From Minisyncoccota bacterium (lineage in GTDB: Bacteria > Patescibacteriota > Minisyncoccia > Phycocordibacterales > UBA9973), in contig JAGOQQ010000005.1 of NCBI GenBank assembly GCA_017991395.1, forward strand, positions 4,726 through 68,725: a stretch of DNA of 64,000 nt. Direction: 5' to 3'. Of the stretch, positions 7,128 through 18,096 are shown piece after piece (within the stretch, counting starts at the first letter, position 1; the number at the start of each line of letters is the position of its first letter). The position numbers and the translations under genes were made by a program. Below the pieces are notes generated by a model. That model was given only the letters and a program-made list of their open reading frames with translations. It made no database searches and was not told the origin of the DNA.

Positions 7128-9824
7128 TTACATCGACTCCTTCTTGCTTCTTGTCTTTGCAATCGGGCTTTTTGTTTTTGATCTACGAGTATCTATGTGA
7201 AGTGCACCATCTTTTACCGACACGTACACCACATCACCCTTTTCTGCTCCCTTAGTAATGATATGTGATGCGACAGGATTCAAAATCTTTGTTTGAATCA
7301 GACGATTGAGTGGTCTTGCACCATACTGTGGATTGTACCCTTCCTTACCGAGCAGTTCGAGTGCTTCATCGGTGATTTGAAGTGCAATATCTTTTGCAGT
7401 CAATCGTGCGCGAACTTGCTCGATTCTGATTTCTACAATATTTCTAATTGATTGAGGTGAAAGAATATCGAATAGAATAATTTCATCAAGACGATTCAAA
7501 AATTCTGGGCGGAAATGATCTTTGAGACTTGTCATAACCTTTTCTTTTGTCTGAACATAATCATCTGTAGCGGTGTTGTTAGAAAATCCTATTGTCTCCA
7601 TTTTTTCAATATGCCGTGAACCAATGTTTGAAGTCAGAATAATTACAGAATTTCGGAAATTCACCACTCTTCCCTTTGCATCAGTGAGTCGTCCTTCATC
7701 AAGCACTTGAAGGAGAATATTGAATACTTCAGGATGAGCTTTTTCAATTTCATCAAACAAGATTACTGAGTACGGGCGATGTCGGACCGCTTCGGTAAGC
7801 TGACCTGATTCATCGTGTCCTACATATCCTGGTGGCGAACCCACAAGCTTTGACACACTGTGTCGCTCCATATACTCAGACATATCTACTCTAATAAGCG
7901 CCTTGTCATCATTGAAAAGAAATTGCGCGAGTGCCTTTGTGAGTTCTGTCTTTCCGACTCCTGTTGGACCAAGAAATATAAATGAACCGATTGGGCGATT
8001 TGGATCTGCGATTCCAGCACGTGAACGGCGAATCACATCAGATATTTTGGTAATTGCTTCACTTTGTCCTATCACACGTTTTGTGAGCTCTTCTTCCATT
8101 CGAGCAAGTTTTGCACGTTCTTCTTCCAGCATCTTTGCAAGAGGAATACCTGTCCATCGTGCGACAACTTCTGCAATATCTTCACTTGTAATTTCTTCTT
8201 TGAGAATACGACGAGATTTTTGGAGCTTCTTCAGTCGTCCGAGCTTCACGTCGAGTTCTTTTGAGAGAGTAGGAATTTTTCCATAACGAATTTCAGCTGC
8301 TCGAGCAAGGTCTGCACGCATTTCTGCTTGCTCAGCTTCTAGTCGGAGTGCATCCAAATCTTTTTTGATTGTCCGAATCTCTGTGACGGTAGTTTTCTCG
8401 TTTTGCCACTTGAGTTCAATTTCTCGAGTTTTTTCTTTGTGGTTTGCAATTTCTTTATCAATATCTTTGATACGATTTTTTGTTCCCTTGTCTTCTTTGT
8501 CGGCAAGTTCAACTTCTTTTTTCAATGCTTCTTTTTCGATTTCAAGTCGCATAATTTTGCGATGGGCTTCATCGAGAATTGGAGGTTTATTTTCAAGTGC
8601 AATCCGAAGAGAAGATGCTGCTTCGTCTATGAGGTCGACAGCTTTGTCAGGAAGATTTCGATTTGTGATGTATCGTACAGAGAGATTGACCGCAGATTGA
8701 ATCGCGTCATCCGTAATACGCACGCCGTGATAGAGTTCATATTTTTCTTTGAGTCCACGCAAAATAGCAGTCGCGTCCTCAGGTGATGGTTCTTCTATGT
8801 AGACAGGCTGAAATCGCCGAGCGAGGGCTGGATCCTTTTCAATGTGTTTTTGATATTCTTTAAGAGTTGTTGCTCCGATTGCACGAAGTTCTCCGCGTGA
8901 GAGTGCCGGCTTGAGCATGTTTGATGCATCAAGTGAACCTTCTGAAGCCCCTGCGCCTACGATAGTATGAATTTCATCAATAAAAAGAATAATCTTTCCA
9001 TCAGCACGTTCGATTTCTTTCATGAGTGATTTCAATCGCTCTTCAAATTCTCCGCGGTATTTTGTACCTGCAATAAGTGAGCCCAGATCAAGAGAAACAA
9101 GCTCTTTGTCTTTCAAAGATTCTGTAACATCACCTTTGGCGATGCGTTGTGCCAATCCTTCTACTACTGCAGTCTTACCTGTACCGGGTTCTCCAATCAA
9201 AATTGGATTGTTTTTTGTACGACGTGAAAGAATCTGCATAATCCGCATTATTTCTGTATCGCGTCCAATCACAGGATCAAGCTTGTCTTCTTTTGCAAGT
9301 TTTGTAAGATTGCGAGTGTATTTTGTGAGTACTCGAAACTTTTTTGGAGAATTTGTGTCGGTAATATTTTGAGCTTTGAATTCTTCGACAATTTTCAGCA
9401 CTTGATCTTTGCTAATTCGGAAACGAGTGAGAAGTTCTTTTGCATCACTTGGAACTTCGAGAAGTGCAACAAAAATATGTTCTGTTGATACAAATTCATC
9501 TTTCAAATATCCTGCGACTTTGCTTGATGTTTCGATGACTTGTGCGAGGTCAGGCGTGAGGTACAGCTGAAACGAGGGTGACGCAACATTGTTGACGCGA
9601 GATTCAGGTGCTTCGATATTTTCAAGTACCGAATCAGTAAGAAGCATCGAATCTATCTCGAGTCGTTCGATGATTGAAAGCACCATAGACTCCTCTTGTA
9701 AAAGGAGTGCGGTGAGAAGATGAAAAGAGTTCACATGGTTTTGACCTCGCTCAATAGCGAGTTCGTGTGCCTTCTTGATAGCTTCTTTTGCTTTTGATGT
9801 GAAGTGATTGAATGGAGGCATCAT
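7128..9824 (-). CDS. clpB: ATP-dependent chaperone ClpB (Clp/Hsp100 AAA+ family)
   Basis: It has an N-terminal Clp N domain, two AAA+ modules ([16 protein letters not shown]) and a long coiled-coil middle domain between them. Confidence 0.9.
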   Translation of the reverse strand: MMPPFNHFTSKAKEAIKKAHELAIERGQNHVNSFHLLTALLLQEESMVLSIIERLEIDSMLLTDSVLENIEAPESRVNNVASPSFQLYLTPDLAQVIETSSKVAGYLKDEFVSTEHIFVALLEVPSDAKELLTRFRISKDQVLKIVEEFKAQNITDTNSPKKFRVLTKYTRNLTKLAKEDKLDPVIGRDTEIMRIMQILSRRTKNNPILIGEPGTGKTAVVEGLAQRIAKGDVTESLKDKELVSLDLGSLIAGTKYRGEFEERLKSLMKEIERADGKIILFIDEIHTIVGAGASEGSLDASNMLKPALSRGELRAIGATTLKEYQKHIEKDPALARRFQPVYIEEPSPEDATAILRGLKEKYELYHGVRITDDAIQSAVNLSVRYITNRNLPDKAVDLIDEAASSLRIALENKPPILDEAHRKIMRLEIEKEALKKEVELADKEDKGTKNRIKDIDKEIANHKEKTREIELKWQNEKTTVTEIRTIKKDLDALRLEAEQAEMRADLARAAEIRYGKIPTLSKELDVKLGRLKKLQKSRRILKEEITSEDIAEVVARWTGIPLAKMLEEERAKLARMEEELTKRVIGQSEAITKISDVIRRSRAGIADPNRPIGSFIFLGPTGVGKTELTKALAQFLFNDDKALIRVDMSEYMERHSVSKLVGSPPGYVGHDESGQLTEAVRHRPYSVILFDEIEKAHPEVFNILLQVLDEGRLTDAKGRVVNFRNSVIILTSNIGSRHIEKMETIGFSNNTATDDYVQTKEKVMTSLKDHFRPEFLNRLDEIILFDILSPQSIRNIVEIRIEQVRARLTAKDIALQITDEALELLGKEGYNPQYGARPLNRLIQTKILNPVASHIITKGAEKGDVVYVSVKDGALHIDTRRSKTKSPIAKTRSKKESM

Positions 9825-9862
9825 ATAGTGTGATTATATAATTTTATTAAAAAATGTCAAAC

Positions 9863-10600
9863 CTACAACCCAAACGTATTTTTCAATTCAGCACCGAAAA
9901 TAACGAGTCCTGTGGTGTCTGTGGCAAGTAATACTCCGAGTGCTTTTCCCTCTTTGTTGACCACGAGTGCGCCTGACTTCATTTGTGGAATAGATGTAAG
10001 CTCTATTCTGGTTCCATAGCCGTCATCTGGCGAGACTGTTTTGACATATACTTTGTCAAACGAAAGAGGATTGCCTTCAATGACGTAAAGCTCATCCCCT
10101 GAAACTGGAGTAGGTGCGTCAAATGTGACAAATTTTTCTGAAGTGATTTTCTTTGATGATTCAAAAAAAGTGATTCGCTCAAGGCTTGAAGACGCGGGGA
10201 TTTTTTGTTCAACACCTGCAACAAGTGAAGCGTATTCCTTTTTTAACTCAATCAACGTTCCTTCACTTATGTACGAGAGCAACTTCCCTTTCGACACCAT
10301 TACGAGTGGGCGAGAAAGTGTCTTTGTGTCATCAAGATATAGTATGCCTACAGAATCCTTGTATTTTGCAACAATATCCGAAGCCGAAAGCGGTGCGGGC
10401 ACAACTGGTATTTCTGGTGTCACCGGTGCAGGATTTGGGTTAAATGTATCTTTGACGACTTGATAGATAGTCTGCGTCACCGGGACTGAACGTTGTTCCA
10501 TGACAGACACTACAGCAATTGCCGTGACAATTGCGGTGACAAAACTTATAAGAAGTCCAAGTAAAATTAATTGTGTTTTTGTAAGATCATTAATATCCAT
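9863..10600 (-). CDS. Hypothetical membrane-anchored protein. Its C-terminal region weakly resembles a trypsin-like peptidase.
   Basis: It has an N-terminal TM segment. MKSGALVVNKEGKALGVL resembles GNSGGPLVN..G.VIGI. The track ORF extends to 10651, but an internal Met start at 10600 avoids overlap with iscS. Confidence 0.4.
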   Translation of the reverse strand: MDINDLTKTQLILLGLLISFVTAIVTAIAVVSVMEQRSVPVTQTIYQVVKDTFNPNPAPVTPEIPVVPAPLSASDIVAKYKDSVGILYLDDTKTLSRPLVMVSKGKLLSYISEGTLIELKKEYASLVAGVEQKIPASSSLERITFFESSKKITSEKFVTFDAPTPVSGDELYVIEGNPLSFDKVYVKTVSPDDGYGTRIELTSIPQMKSGALVVNKEGKALGVLLATDTTGLVIFGAELKNTFGL

Positions 10601-10610
10601 ACTATTAGTT

Positions 10611-11864
10611 CTAACGATTTTTTGCCAAAATCGTGATTGATTGATTTGCAAGATCGACTACATCGCGAAGCGCACGAACAAAGTACACCAAATCTTTTTT
10701 TTCTGTCTGTCGTCCGAGTGTTATTCGCAAGCTACCATCTTCAGGTTTAATTTCTTTCGATAGTGCCATTATAACATGAGACGTGTGTTCGTCTAACGCA
10801 TTGCATGCACTTTTTGAGGATACACGAACACCTTTTGCATCAAGTCCAATCACGAGTGCGTCACTTTCGATTCCATGAAATGTAAAATTGATATTGTTTG
10901 GAAGTCGCAGTGTCTCATGACCATTGAGCTCGGCACCTGGAAACTCTTTTCGAATTTCTTTAATCAAAAAATCTCGAAGTATCGTCAGTCGCTTCACTTC
11001 CTTTTCTTTTATTTTTTCAGCAAGCAAAAGTGCCTGCGCAAAACCAAGTATTCCTGGAATATTTTCTGTTCCTGGTCTTACATCAAATTCTTGTTCACCA
11101 CCTTTCATTATTCCTGAAAATGGAAGTCCGCGTTTTTTGTAGAGCATTCCAACACCTTTTGGACCGTAAATCTTTGAACCATTACAACTAAGCATATCTA
11201 CTCCCAAAGGTGGGACTCGAAGTGGCAAATAATTCACGGCTTGTGTGGCATCTGTGTGGAAAACTGGATACGGTCCAGAAATTTCATTATGCTTTTTGAA
11301 ATGTCGAATTGCTTTTGCAATTTCCGAAATCGGCTGGATTGTACCAATCTCATTGTTTGCATACATCACCGAAACAAAAATCGTATCCTTGGTCAGTGCA
11401 TCGCGGACATCTTTTGGATTTACTATTCCGTCTTTGTCGACAGGAATAAGAGTGACATTGACACCACTTGATCTTATAAACTTTGCAGATTCAAAAAGCG
11501 CTGAATGTTCGATTGCAGAAATAATGATATGTGGATTCTTTGTGGTTTCTTTTGATTTCAGCAAATATCCTTCGAGTATTCCACTAATCGCCATATTGTC
11601 GCTTTCAGTTCCACTTCCGCAAAAAATAATCTCATCCGAATGCACATCAAACACACCCGCCACATCTTTGCGGGCTCTAGTCAGGGCTTCTTTTGCACGA
11701 AGTCCATCTTTGTGCAATGCACTTGGATTGCCAAAATACACCTCACTCGCTTTTTTAACGACTGAAATGACCGACGGATCAATGGGTGTATTTGATGCAT
11801 AATCAAGATATACACTTTTTTCGATTTTCTTTGATTTTGTTGTTTTTCGTGTGGTTGTTGCCAT
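10611..11864 (-). CDS. iscS: cysteine desulfurase (class V aminotransferase; IscS/NifS family)
   Basis: It contains SGTESDNMAI, HTDATQA and the active-site region SCNGSKIYGPKGVGMLY. Confidence 0.85.
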   Translation of the reverse strand: MATTTRKTTKSKKIEKSVYLDYASNTPIDPSVISVVKKASEVYFGNPSALHKDGLRAKEALTRARKDVAGVFDVHSDEIIFCGSGTESDNMAISGILEGYLLKSKETTKNPHIIISAIEHSALFESAKFIRSSGVNVTLIPVDKDGIVNPKDVRDALTKDTIFVSVMYANNEIGTIQPISEIAKAIRHFKKHNEISGPYPVFHTDATQAVNYLPLRVPPLGVDMLSCNGSKIYGPKGVGMLYKKRGLPFSGIMKGGEQEFDVRPGTENIPGILGFAQALLLAEKIKEKEVKRLTILRDFLIKEIRKEFPGAELNGHETLRLPNNINFTFHGIESDALVIGLDAKGVRVSSKSACNALDEHTSHVIMALSKEIKPEDGSLRITLGRQTEKKDLVYFVRALRDVVDLANQSITILAKNR

Positions 11865-11874
11865 AATTTCTATT

Positions 11875-11903
11875 TATTGCAAAAATGATGATTTTGCACT
11901 ATA
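11875..11903 (+). promoter_or_regulatory. sigma70-type promoter for the infB operon
   Basis: TTGCAA (11875-11880), a 17-nt spacer, then TATAAT (11898-11903). Confidence 0.55.
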
Positions 11904-11915
11904 ATCTATGTCTAT

Positions 11916-12371
11916 ATGATAGCAAATACATCAATTATCCTCTATGGGGCAATAGTACTACTTGTCATTAATATCATATGGCTTGTCAGAATGGAAATGA
12001 GACTCAAAAAAGTCTTCCGTGGAAAACGCGCCCAAGACCTTGAAGAAATCATGTCGGGACTTCGAAAAGACATCGACACACTTCACACATTAGAGCGAGA
12101 TCTTGATGTTCGCTCAAAAAATATGGACGCGCGTATTCGTACAAGCCTACGTGGAATTGATACTATCAGATTTAATCCATTCAAAGATCAAGGAAGCAAC
12201 CAAAGTTTTGCAATTGGACTTTTGAATGAAGAAGGAACTGGTGTAGTCATCTCTAGTCTTTATTCACGAGACAGAGTTTCGGTATTTGCAAAACCAATCA
12301 AAAAAGGTCAGCCCGAGTACGACCTGACCGAAGAAGAATCAATCGTATTCAAAAACGCATTACCAAAATAA
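11916..12371 (+). CDS. Small membrane protein. DUF4446-like is a tentative call.
   Basis: It has an N-terminal TM. It sits in an operon position ahead of infB. Confidence 0.4.
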   Translation: MIANTSIILYGAIVLLVINIIWLVRMEMRLKKVFRGKRAQDLEEIMSGLRKDIDTLHTLERDLDVRSKNMDARIRTSLRGIDTIRFNPFKDQGSNQSFAIGLLNEEGTGVVISSLYSRDRVSVFAKPIKKGQPEYDLTEEESIVFKNALPK

Positions 12372-12385
12372 TTTACTAAAAAAAT

Positions 12386-13891
12386 ATGAACACTAAAGGA
12401 GTCACTGTACGTCCTCCTGTTGTTGTCATTATGGGTCACATTGACCATGGCAAATCAACACTATTGGACTACATTCGAAAATCAAACATAGTGGACAAAG
12501 AAGCGGGTGGTATCACTCAGCATCTTTCTGCATATGAAGTGATTCATAAAGACGAAAAAGGAGAAAGTCGCAAAATTACTTTTCTTGATACTCCAGGACA
12601 TGCAGCATTTTCTGGTATGCGTGAACGTGGCGCAACAGTAGCAGACATTGCAATATTGATTGTATCTGCAGAAGACGGCGTCAAGGCTCAAACTATTGAA
12701 GCATTAAATACTATTGTAGAAGCAAAAGTTCCCTACCTCGTTGCGATCAACAAAATCGACCGACCTGGAGCAAACGTGGAGAAAGCAAAAATGGAATTGA
12801 TGGAAAAAGGTGTGTATCTCGAAGGATATGGCGGAAATATTCCATATGTTGAAATTTCTGCAAAGGCTGGGACAAACATTCCTGCACTTCTCGATACAAT
12901 CTTACTTGTTGCTGATATGGAAAACTTCACAGGCGACATGTCAAAAACCGCGCGCGGTATTGTGATCGAATCAAACATGGATCCAAAGCGTGGAATTTCT
13001 GCGACAATGGTGATTAAAGATGGAACACTTTCAAAAGGAATGTTTTTGGTTGTAGAAGACGCAATTGTTGCAACTCGCATTATGGAAGATTTTCTCGGAA
13101 AAACTATTTCTGAAGTTTCGATGTGTGCACCTGTGCGACTGATTGGTTTTGATAAAGTTCCTGCGGTAGGATCAGTGTTTGAATCTTTTAATTCAAAAAA
13201 AGAAGCTGAATCTGCTGTTGCACTCTACAAAGAGATACTTCGCACAGGAACTTCAACTGTCAAAAAAGAATTACTATCACCAGACACGAAAGTTATTCCA
13301 ATTGTCATCAAGACTGATGTGGTGGGAACTGGTGAAGCAATTGAAAAAGAAATACTAAAAATGAACACTTCAGAAATTTCATTCAAAATTCTTTCTCGTG
13401 GAGTTGGCTCTATTGGTGAAAATGATCTCAAAGCTGTAAGTGGTGACAAAGAAGCATTGATAGTGGGATTCAACGTCAAAATCGACTCAAAGGCCGAAAA
13501 CTTAAACGAATCATTGCAAATCCCAGTTCACACATACACAATCATTTACAAGCTCACAGAGATGCTTGCAGAACTTATTGAAGAACGCCGACCACGCAAG
13601 CAAGTCATGGAAGTTGTAGGAAAAACAAAAGTACTGAAAACATTTAGTGCGACAAAAGAACGGCGTGTGATCGGTGGACGTGTGGAATCAGGCAAACTCG
13701 CACAGGGTCACAAAGTAAGAATAATGCGACGTGATTTTGAAATCGGCGAAGGTGTAATCATTGGTGTAGAACAAGGAAAAATTAAGTCAAAAGAAGTACT
13801 CGAAGGAAACGAGTGCGGAATCCTGGTTGAAGCAAAAAATGAAATCGCACCCGGTGATTATCTTGAATCTTTTGTGATGACGACAAAATAA
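12386..13891 (+). CDS. infB: translation initiation factor IF-2 (short form lacking N-terminal domains)
   Basis: The G domain has [12 protein letters not shown] and DTPGHAAF. The C-terminal IF2 domains are present. Confidence 0.9.
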   Translation: MNTKGVTVRPPVVVIMGHIDHGKSTLLDYIRKSNIVDKEAGGITQHLSAYEVIHKDEKGESRKITFLDTPGHAAFSGMRERGATVADIAILIVSAEDGVKAQTIEALNTIVEAKVPYLVAINKIDRPGANVEKAKMELMEKGVYLEGYGGNIPYVEISAKAGTNIPALLDTILLVADMENFTGDMSKTARGIVIESNMDPKRGISATMVIKDGTLSKGMFLVVEDAIVATRIMEDFLGKTISEVSMCAPVRLIGFDKVPAVGSVFESFNSKKEAESAVALYKEILRTGTSTVKKELLSPDTKVIPIVIKTDVVGTGEAIEKEILKMNTSEISFKILSRGVGSIGENDLKAVSGDKEALIVGFNVKIDSKAENLNESLQIPVHTYTIIYKLTEMLAELIEERRPRKQVMEVVGKTKVLKTFSATKERRVIGGRVESGKLAQGHKVRIMRRDFEIGEGVIIGVEQGKIKSKEVLEGNECGILVEAKNEIAPGDYLESFVMTTK

Positions 13892-13892
13892 A

Positions 13893-14243
13893 ATGAGTAT
13901 TAGACAAGACAAAGTAAGAGGAGAACTCATGAAGTATGTAGCAACATACATTGAGCACGAAGCGACACGACAATCGCTTATTAGTGTTACCGATGCATCA
14001 ATATCCCCTGATTTGAAACGAGGAACAATTTTTATTTCTGTATTTCCTGAAAAAGAAGAAAACACTGCAGTATTATTTCTAAAACGAAAGCGTCCAGAAA
14101 TCCGCGCATTTATACGAAAGCAATTTCAAGCAAAGACTATTCCCTTCATCGACATCGAAATCGACCGAGGTGAAAAAAATCGCCAGCATATCGAATCCTT
14201 AGAAAAACAGATTCGTGACAGCGACGCAGAGATTGGGAAATAA
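13893..14243 (+). CDS. rbfA: ribosome-binding factor A
   Basis: It sits immediately downstream of infB. It has an RbfA-like sequence (R..RV..E..K......TR..LISVT...ISPDLK...IF). Confidence 0.7.
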   Translation: MSIRQDKVRGELMKYVATYIEHEATRQSLISVTDASISPDLKRGTIFISVFPEKEENTAVLFLKRKRPEIRAFIRKQFQAKTIPFIDIEIDRGEKNRQHIESLEKQIRDSDAEIGK

Positions 14244-14245
14244 AA

Positions 14246-14272
14246 AAACCCTCGAAAGGGTTTTTTTATTTC
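14246..14272. terminator. bidirectional rho-independent terminator
   Basis: aaaaaccctcgaaagggttttttt. Confidence 0.65.
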
Positions 14273-14282
14273 CCACACACTT

Positions 14283-15392
14283 CTATTGCGGAACAACAAT
14301 CAATGAAATATTTTTAGTTATATTTTGAGTAGTTATGTCCATATTTAAATAACACGGTTGATTCATCTGAAGACCACTAATCAAATTATTACCCAACTCC
14401 AATCTTTGCAGTGGACCATCATTAATGCCTGCAAGATTTGTGGCAACACCATTAATAGTTGTACACGTTCCATTCGAATAATTAATTACTACTTTATTGC
14501 TTCGTCCAAAACCCAAACCGACAAGTGAATTATCGTCTTGTGTAAGTATCGGTGTGAAATAATTATTACCTGCAAGAGATGCAAATATTGCTGTCTTGTT
14601 AATCCCGTCTACATGAAGAGCACGGTCTGGCATGTTTAAGACTGGTAAATAAACTGCTGGGGAGGATGAAGAATCTTGTAAGGTATCAATTTTAAAACTA
14701 TGAATTCCAGAAAAAAGTTGGTCTTTGGGAATGTTGTATGTGAACTCAATAGTTCCAACCTGATTTGCTGGTACGGTAAAAGTATTATTGTTATTGATGA
14801 TATTAGTTGAAGTTGAGACAGAGTTAAAATATGGACCCCATCCTGCTGTCGACCTTAGTTCTAAAGTGGTTCCATATTTAGAAGCAGAACTACCATTTCT
14901 TTTCCAAGGAATCTGTGGAAGCATCACGTCGCTTCGCTGAAAAGAATATGGAGTGAAAACAAAATCACTCGTTCCTGAAAAAACATTTATTAAAACTTTG
15001 TAATCAACAGTGTTTACATTATCAGTAACAGTTATTAAATTTGGAAATGGTGCGTAAATGACTGGGTTTACAGAAAGTTTGTTTGGGTTTCCATTTTTAC
15101 TAATATCATCCTGAGCTTGATTTACATTTGCTGTCGCAGGCTTAGAAACAATTTTTACACTATTGAGTCGTGTTATTTGATCAGAAACTATTTTTTCTTC
15201 AAATTCTTTCATGGCGGTACTAGTTGCTATTTCTTTTGACGAATCAATCAAATTTTGACTTTTCACTGCGATTTGTGAATCTGAAACAGACGCACTCTGA
15301 TCTCTAGTACTGCTTAGTGAATTGATCATAAACCCAAACGTTAACCCAATGATCAGAACTAAGACAATTACTATAATATTATTATTTTTCAT
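14283..15392 (-). CDS. hypothetical secreted/membrane-anchored protein
   Basis: It has an N-terminal TM or signal sequence (IIVIVLVLIIGLTFGFMI). I recognised no other motif. Confidence 0.5.
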   Translation of the reverse strand: MKNNNIIVIVLVLIIGLTFGFMINSLSSTRDQSASVSDSQIAVKSQNLIDSSKEIATSTAMKEFEEKIVSDQITRLNSVKIVSKPATANVNQAQDDISKNGNPNKLSVNPVIYAPFPNLITVTDNVNTVDYKVLINVFSGTSDFVFTPYSFQRSDVMLPQIPWKRNGSSASKYGTTLELRSTAGWGPYFNSVSTSTNIINNNNTFTVPANQVGTIEFTYNIPKDQLFSGIHSFKIDTLQDSSSSPAVYLPVLNMPDRALHVDGINKTAIFASLAGNNYFTPILTQDDNSLVGLGFGRSNKVVINYSNGTCTTINGVATNLAGINDGPLQRLELGNNLISGLQMNQPCYLNMDITTQNITKNISLIVVPQ

Positions 15393-15493
15393 ATTTTGTG
15401 AATTACATTATCCCGTGTTTACTAATACTTGAATTTTACCCCTTCCCGCAGGGTTTTGGCAAACGCATCTGTGTACAAACATAAACAATGTCT

Positions 15494-15678
15494 GAGGTGG
15501 GACTCGGTCACGAATATTTTTCTCGCCGTCGCTTGAAAAATTTCTCTACCCCAGCTCGGTATTTTATTCTGGTGAACAAAATATACCTGCGCTTTTAGAG
15601 TCCCACACGTACGCAAAAAACTTTGCGTACTCTCGGGCACATATTAAAATAACCACCATTGGTGGTTATTTTAATATG
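15494..15678. repeat. tRNA-Leu(TAA) 3'-fragment with element-end sequences and a 27-bp-arm palindrome
   Basis: GAGGTGGGACTCG (15494-15507) is a direct copy of the tRNA 3' part up to the T-loop and is followed by GTCACGAATATTTTTCT. The palindrome ctcgggcacatattaaaataaccacca/tggtggttattttaatatgtgcccgag (15631-15686) incorporates the tRNA acceptor end. Confidence 0.55.
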
Positions 15679-15763
15679 TGCCCGAGGTGGGACTCGAACC
15701 CACACGGCCGTTAAAGGCCAAGAAATTTTAAGTCTCTCGTGGCTACCATTACACCACTCGGGC
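15679..15763 (-). tRNA. tRNA-Leu (anticodon TAA)
   Basis: The acceptor is gcccgag/ctcgggc. The anticodon stem agaga/tttct has loop ctTAAaa. It has a long variable arm and the T-arm gtggg-ttcgagt-cccac. Confidence 0.8.
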
Positions 15764-15781
15764 AACTTTATTATTTTTTTG

Positions 15782-15853
15782 AGGCGTGGGCGGGAATTGA
15801 ACCCGCGCATGGCGGTTTTGCAGACCGCAGCGTTACCACTTCGCCACCACGCC
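15782..15853 (-). tRNA. tRNA-Cys (anticodon GCA)
   Basis: The acceptor is ggcgtgg/ccacgcc. The anticodon stem gcggt/accgc has loop ctGCAaa. The T-arm is cgggt-tcaattc-ccgcc. Confidence 0.8.
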
Positions 15854-15969
15854 AAAGACTTGTGTAACCCACTATACACAAAATACACTAAAAAATAAAG
15901 TTTTTCCGGGAGTTAATAATATTTGAAGTATAATTAAATATAATGTATAATGCCCAAGTATTTTAATAT

Positions 15970-16042
15970 CCACCCGTAGCTCAGCTGGTAGAGCACTCGA
16001 CTCTTAATCGATTGGTCGTTGGTTCGATTCCAACCGGGTGGA
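15970..16042 (+). tRNA. tRNA-Lys (anticodon CTT)
   Basis: The acceptor is ccacccg/cgggtgg. The D-arm is gctc-agctggta-gagc. The anticodon loop is ctCTTaa. The T-arm is gttgg-ttcgatt-ccaac. Confidence 0.8.
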
Positions 16043-16468
16043 CACGAATTAAAAAGAAGAACTTCTTCTTGTTTTTAGTTCGTGTCCAAGCCGCAGTAAT
16101 GTTTTTGTTTGAGCGAAGCGAAAGGCAAAAACCACGAGGCGGGCTCGCGAAATTTTTACGTCAGTAAAAATATTTGTGAGGACACGTAGTAGCAAGAACT
16201 TCTTCTTGTTTTTAGTTCGTGTCCAAGCCGCAGCGATGTTTTTGTTTGAGCAAAGCGAAAGGCAAAAACCGCGAGGCGGGTGAGAAAGTGTGGGACACTT
16301 TCGCAAGACCTTTTGAGAATTTTTGTGAGCGAGCGAAACAAAAAGTCCAAAAGGTGTACAGAATCTGTAAGATTCGCGAAATTTTTACGTCAGTAAAAAT
16401 ATTTGTGAGGACACGTAGTAGCAAGAACTTCTTCTTGTTTTTAATTTAAAAAAAGATAGTAACAATAT
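16043..16468. repeat. Tandem ~140-bp direct repeats (about 2.5 copies) with hairpin modules between two tRNA genes
   Basis: aagaacttcttcttgttttta occurs three times (16063-, 16203-, 16420-). gttcgtgtccaagccgcag..gtttttgtttgagc.aagcgaaaggcaaaaacc.cgaggcggg occurs twice. cgcgaaatttttacgtcagtaaaaatatttgtgaggacacgtagtagcaag occurs twice. The first hairpin pairs with the tRNA-Lys 3' end (tggacacgaa / ttcgtgtcca). Confidence 0.7.
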
Positions 16469-16550
16469 GCTCGGGTGGCGTAATTGGTAGCCGCGTCAGT
16501 CTTAGGAACTGGTGGAGAAATCCGTGGAGGTTCAAGTCCTCTCCCGAGCA
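16469..16550 (+). tRNA. tRNA-Leu (anticodon TAG)
   Basis: The acceptor is gctcggg/cccgagc. The anticodon stem tcagt/actgg has loop ctTAGga. It has a long variable arm and the T-arm ggagg-ttcaagt-cctct. Confidence 0.75.
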
Positions 16551-16976
16551 CAACGAAAAATAATGAACCCAATGCGAGAGCATTGGGTGATTTATTTTTA
16601 TGCTCGGGAGAGGACTTGAAAGCCGGAGGCGGTATACAAGACGCAGCGAAGCGAAGTGCTTGTCGCCGAGGCGGGGTCGCGAGTACTTAGTAGAATTTGA
16701 GCTGGCGAAAAATTATACTTAGTAACTCGTGACCAAGACACTGCTTGGCTTGCGCGAGAGGACTTGAAAAGGTTCTCCCATATTTTTGTGAGCCTGCGAA
16801 CAAAAATGGGAAACCTGTACTGCTCCTGTAAGGAGAAAATCCTCTCCTGGACACTATCCCAAATTCTCGTGACCAAGTCCCCTCCCGACGACCACTGAAA
16901 TTATACTTAGTAACCTGTGACCAAGACATCCCAATACGCAAATTAAAAACACCCGAACTCACGTACGGGTGTAAAT
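16551..16976. repeat. Non-coding repeat region carrying inverted T-loop-truncated copies of the tRNA-Leu(TAG) 3' end and other short repeats
   Basis: The terminator hairpin cccaatgcgagagcattggg is followed by gctcgggagaggacttgaa (16601-16619), the rc of the T-arm and acceptor. A second copy gcgagaggacttgaa lies at 16755-16769. attatacttagtaac.tgtgaccaagaca occurs twice (16713-, 16897-). Confidence 0.55.
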
Positions 16977-17651
16977 TTATTCTTTAAATTCTATTGGTCC
17001 ATATATACATTCACTTTGCCTTGAATATACTGCCCACATTCTATCTCCCCAGCAATAGTGCCACCATTCTCCTGGGTACCAGACAAAATCTTCAGTCTCC
17101 ATTACGTCACGTAAAATCTTTCGATTCTGTTTTTGTATATCAGTAATTTCATCAGAGAGCATTTGAAATTTCGTGTACCAATCTGCGCTCATTGCTTCGC
17201 TCGGATAAATTGTTCCCATATCAAGCAAGGTTCCATCAGTGCACGCAAGAGTAACATCAATCGCGCCTCCACAATGATGATTTGCAAGCGGTAAAGGTTT
17301 TGCGATAACAAGACGTACTTGCTCCTCAATTTCTTGATCAGACCAAAGAGGATTTTCAATTTTAATCTTTTCAAATTTCCTATCCCATGAATCTTGTTGA
17401 GCACGAAGAGTTCTATAACCTTCTATTAAAACCAGTACAGTTTTTTCAGGAAGTCTCTCTGAGACTTTATACAACTTTTCTGCAACAGATTTACGAACGT
17501 AAAAAATGGCCTCATAGAGCTTCTTAACCAGACCAACTTTTAATCGATCAGTCTCTACAATAGGAACCAATTCTTCTCCAGATTCTTGGATGACAACTTT
17601 TTGCCATGCGCTTCTTGGTAATACATTTCTAATTTGATTTATCATTTTCAA
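16977..17651 (-). CDS. D-alanyl-D-alanine dipeptidase-like peptidase (M15 family, VanX-like)
   Basis: It contains HHCGGAIDV and GEWWHY, the zinc-ligand motifs of M15 dipeptidases. Confidence 0.65.
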   Translation of the reverse strand: MKMINQIRNVLPRSAWQKVVIQESGEELVPIVETDRLKVGLVKKLYEAIFYVRKSVAEKLYKVSERLPEKTVLVLIEGYRTLRAQQDSWDRKFEKIKIENPLWSDQEIEEQVRLVIAKPLPLANHHCGGAIDVTLACTDGTLLDMGTIYPSEAMSADWYTKFQMLSDEITDIQKQNRKILRDVMETEDFVWYPGEWWHYCWGDRMWAVYSRQSECIYGPIEFKE

Positions 17652-17709
17652 GAATTTTTATTTTCTATATAATACCAAAAAGTATATTTATTACAAGAAA
17701 AAATACTCC

Positions 17710-18096
17710 TCAAAACTCCAAATCATCTCCTTTTGGAATAATTCTCTGGAAAAAATTTTCAGGCTTTTTCTCTACTTCTTCGCTATCCTTCTCATTGTCT
17801 ATAATCACCACTACTCCTTCCCCTTCTTTTGTAACTTGAAAATTCTCTCGTATTACTTCCTCCTGTCCTCTTTCACTTTTAAGTGAAGTTATATCTTCCT
17901 CTAGTTTTTGCTTTCGCACTTGAAGCTCCGTCAATTCTCGTGAAGCTTGTTCTTTGAGCTGTCTTGTATCACGATTCTTTTTAACAAGAGTAATCATGTT
18001 TGAGGCGAAGAAAATACACACGCCAATCAACACCAATAATACAATCGGTGAGTGGAACCATTTTGGCTTTTTTGATGATACTTGATAGTCTGCCAT
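17710..18096 (-). CDS. septum formation initiator family protein (FtsB/DivIC-like)
   Basis: It has an N-terminal TM and a coiled coil (QLKEQASRELTELQVRKQKLEEDITSLK). Confidence 0.55.
   Translation of the reverse strand: MADYQVSSKKPKWFHSPIVLLVLIGVCIFFASNMITLVKKNRDTRQLKEQASRELTELQVRKQKLEEDITSLKSERGQEEVIRENFQVTKEGEGVVVIIDNEKDSEEVEKKPENFFQRIIPKGDDLEF

Noticed and set aside
7903-9372. Several plus-strand ORFs (7903-8286, 8064-8264, 8365-8700, 8403-8786, 9022-9372) inside clpB
   Set aside because: They are antisense shadow ORFs within a confidently identified 898-aa ClpB gene. They have low-complexity Ser/Phe-rich translations.
15422-15898. ORFs overlapping the tRNA-Leu(TAA)/tRNA-Cys region (15422-15640, 15595-15888, 15659-15898)
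   Set aside because: They overlap well-folded tRNA genes and palindromic repeats. There is no coding signal.
16049-16962. Multiple small ORFs within the tandem-repeat region around the tRNA cluster
   Set aside because: They are generated by direct repeats. They overlap each other on both strands and have no RBS or conservation logic.
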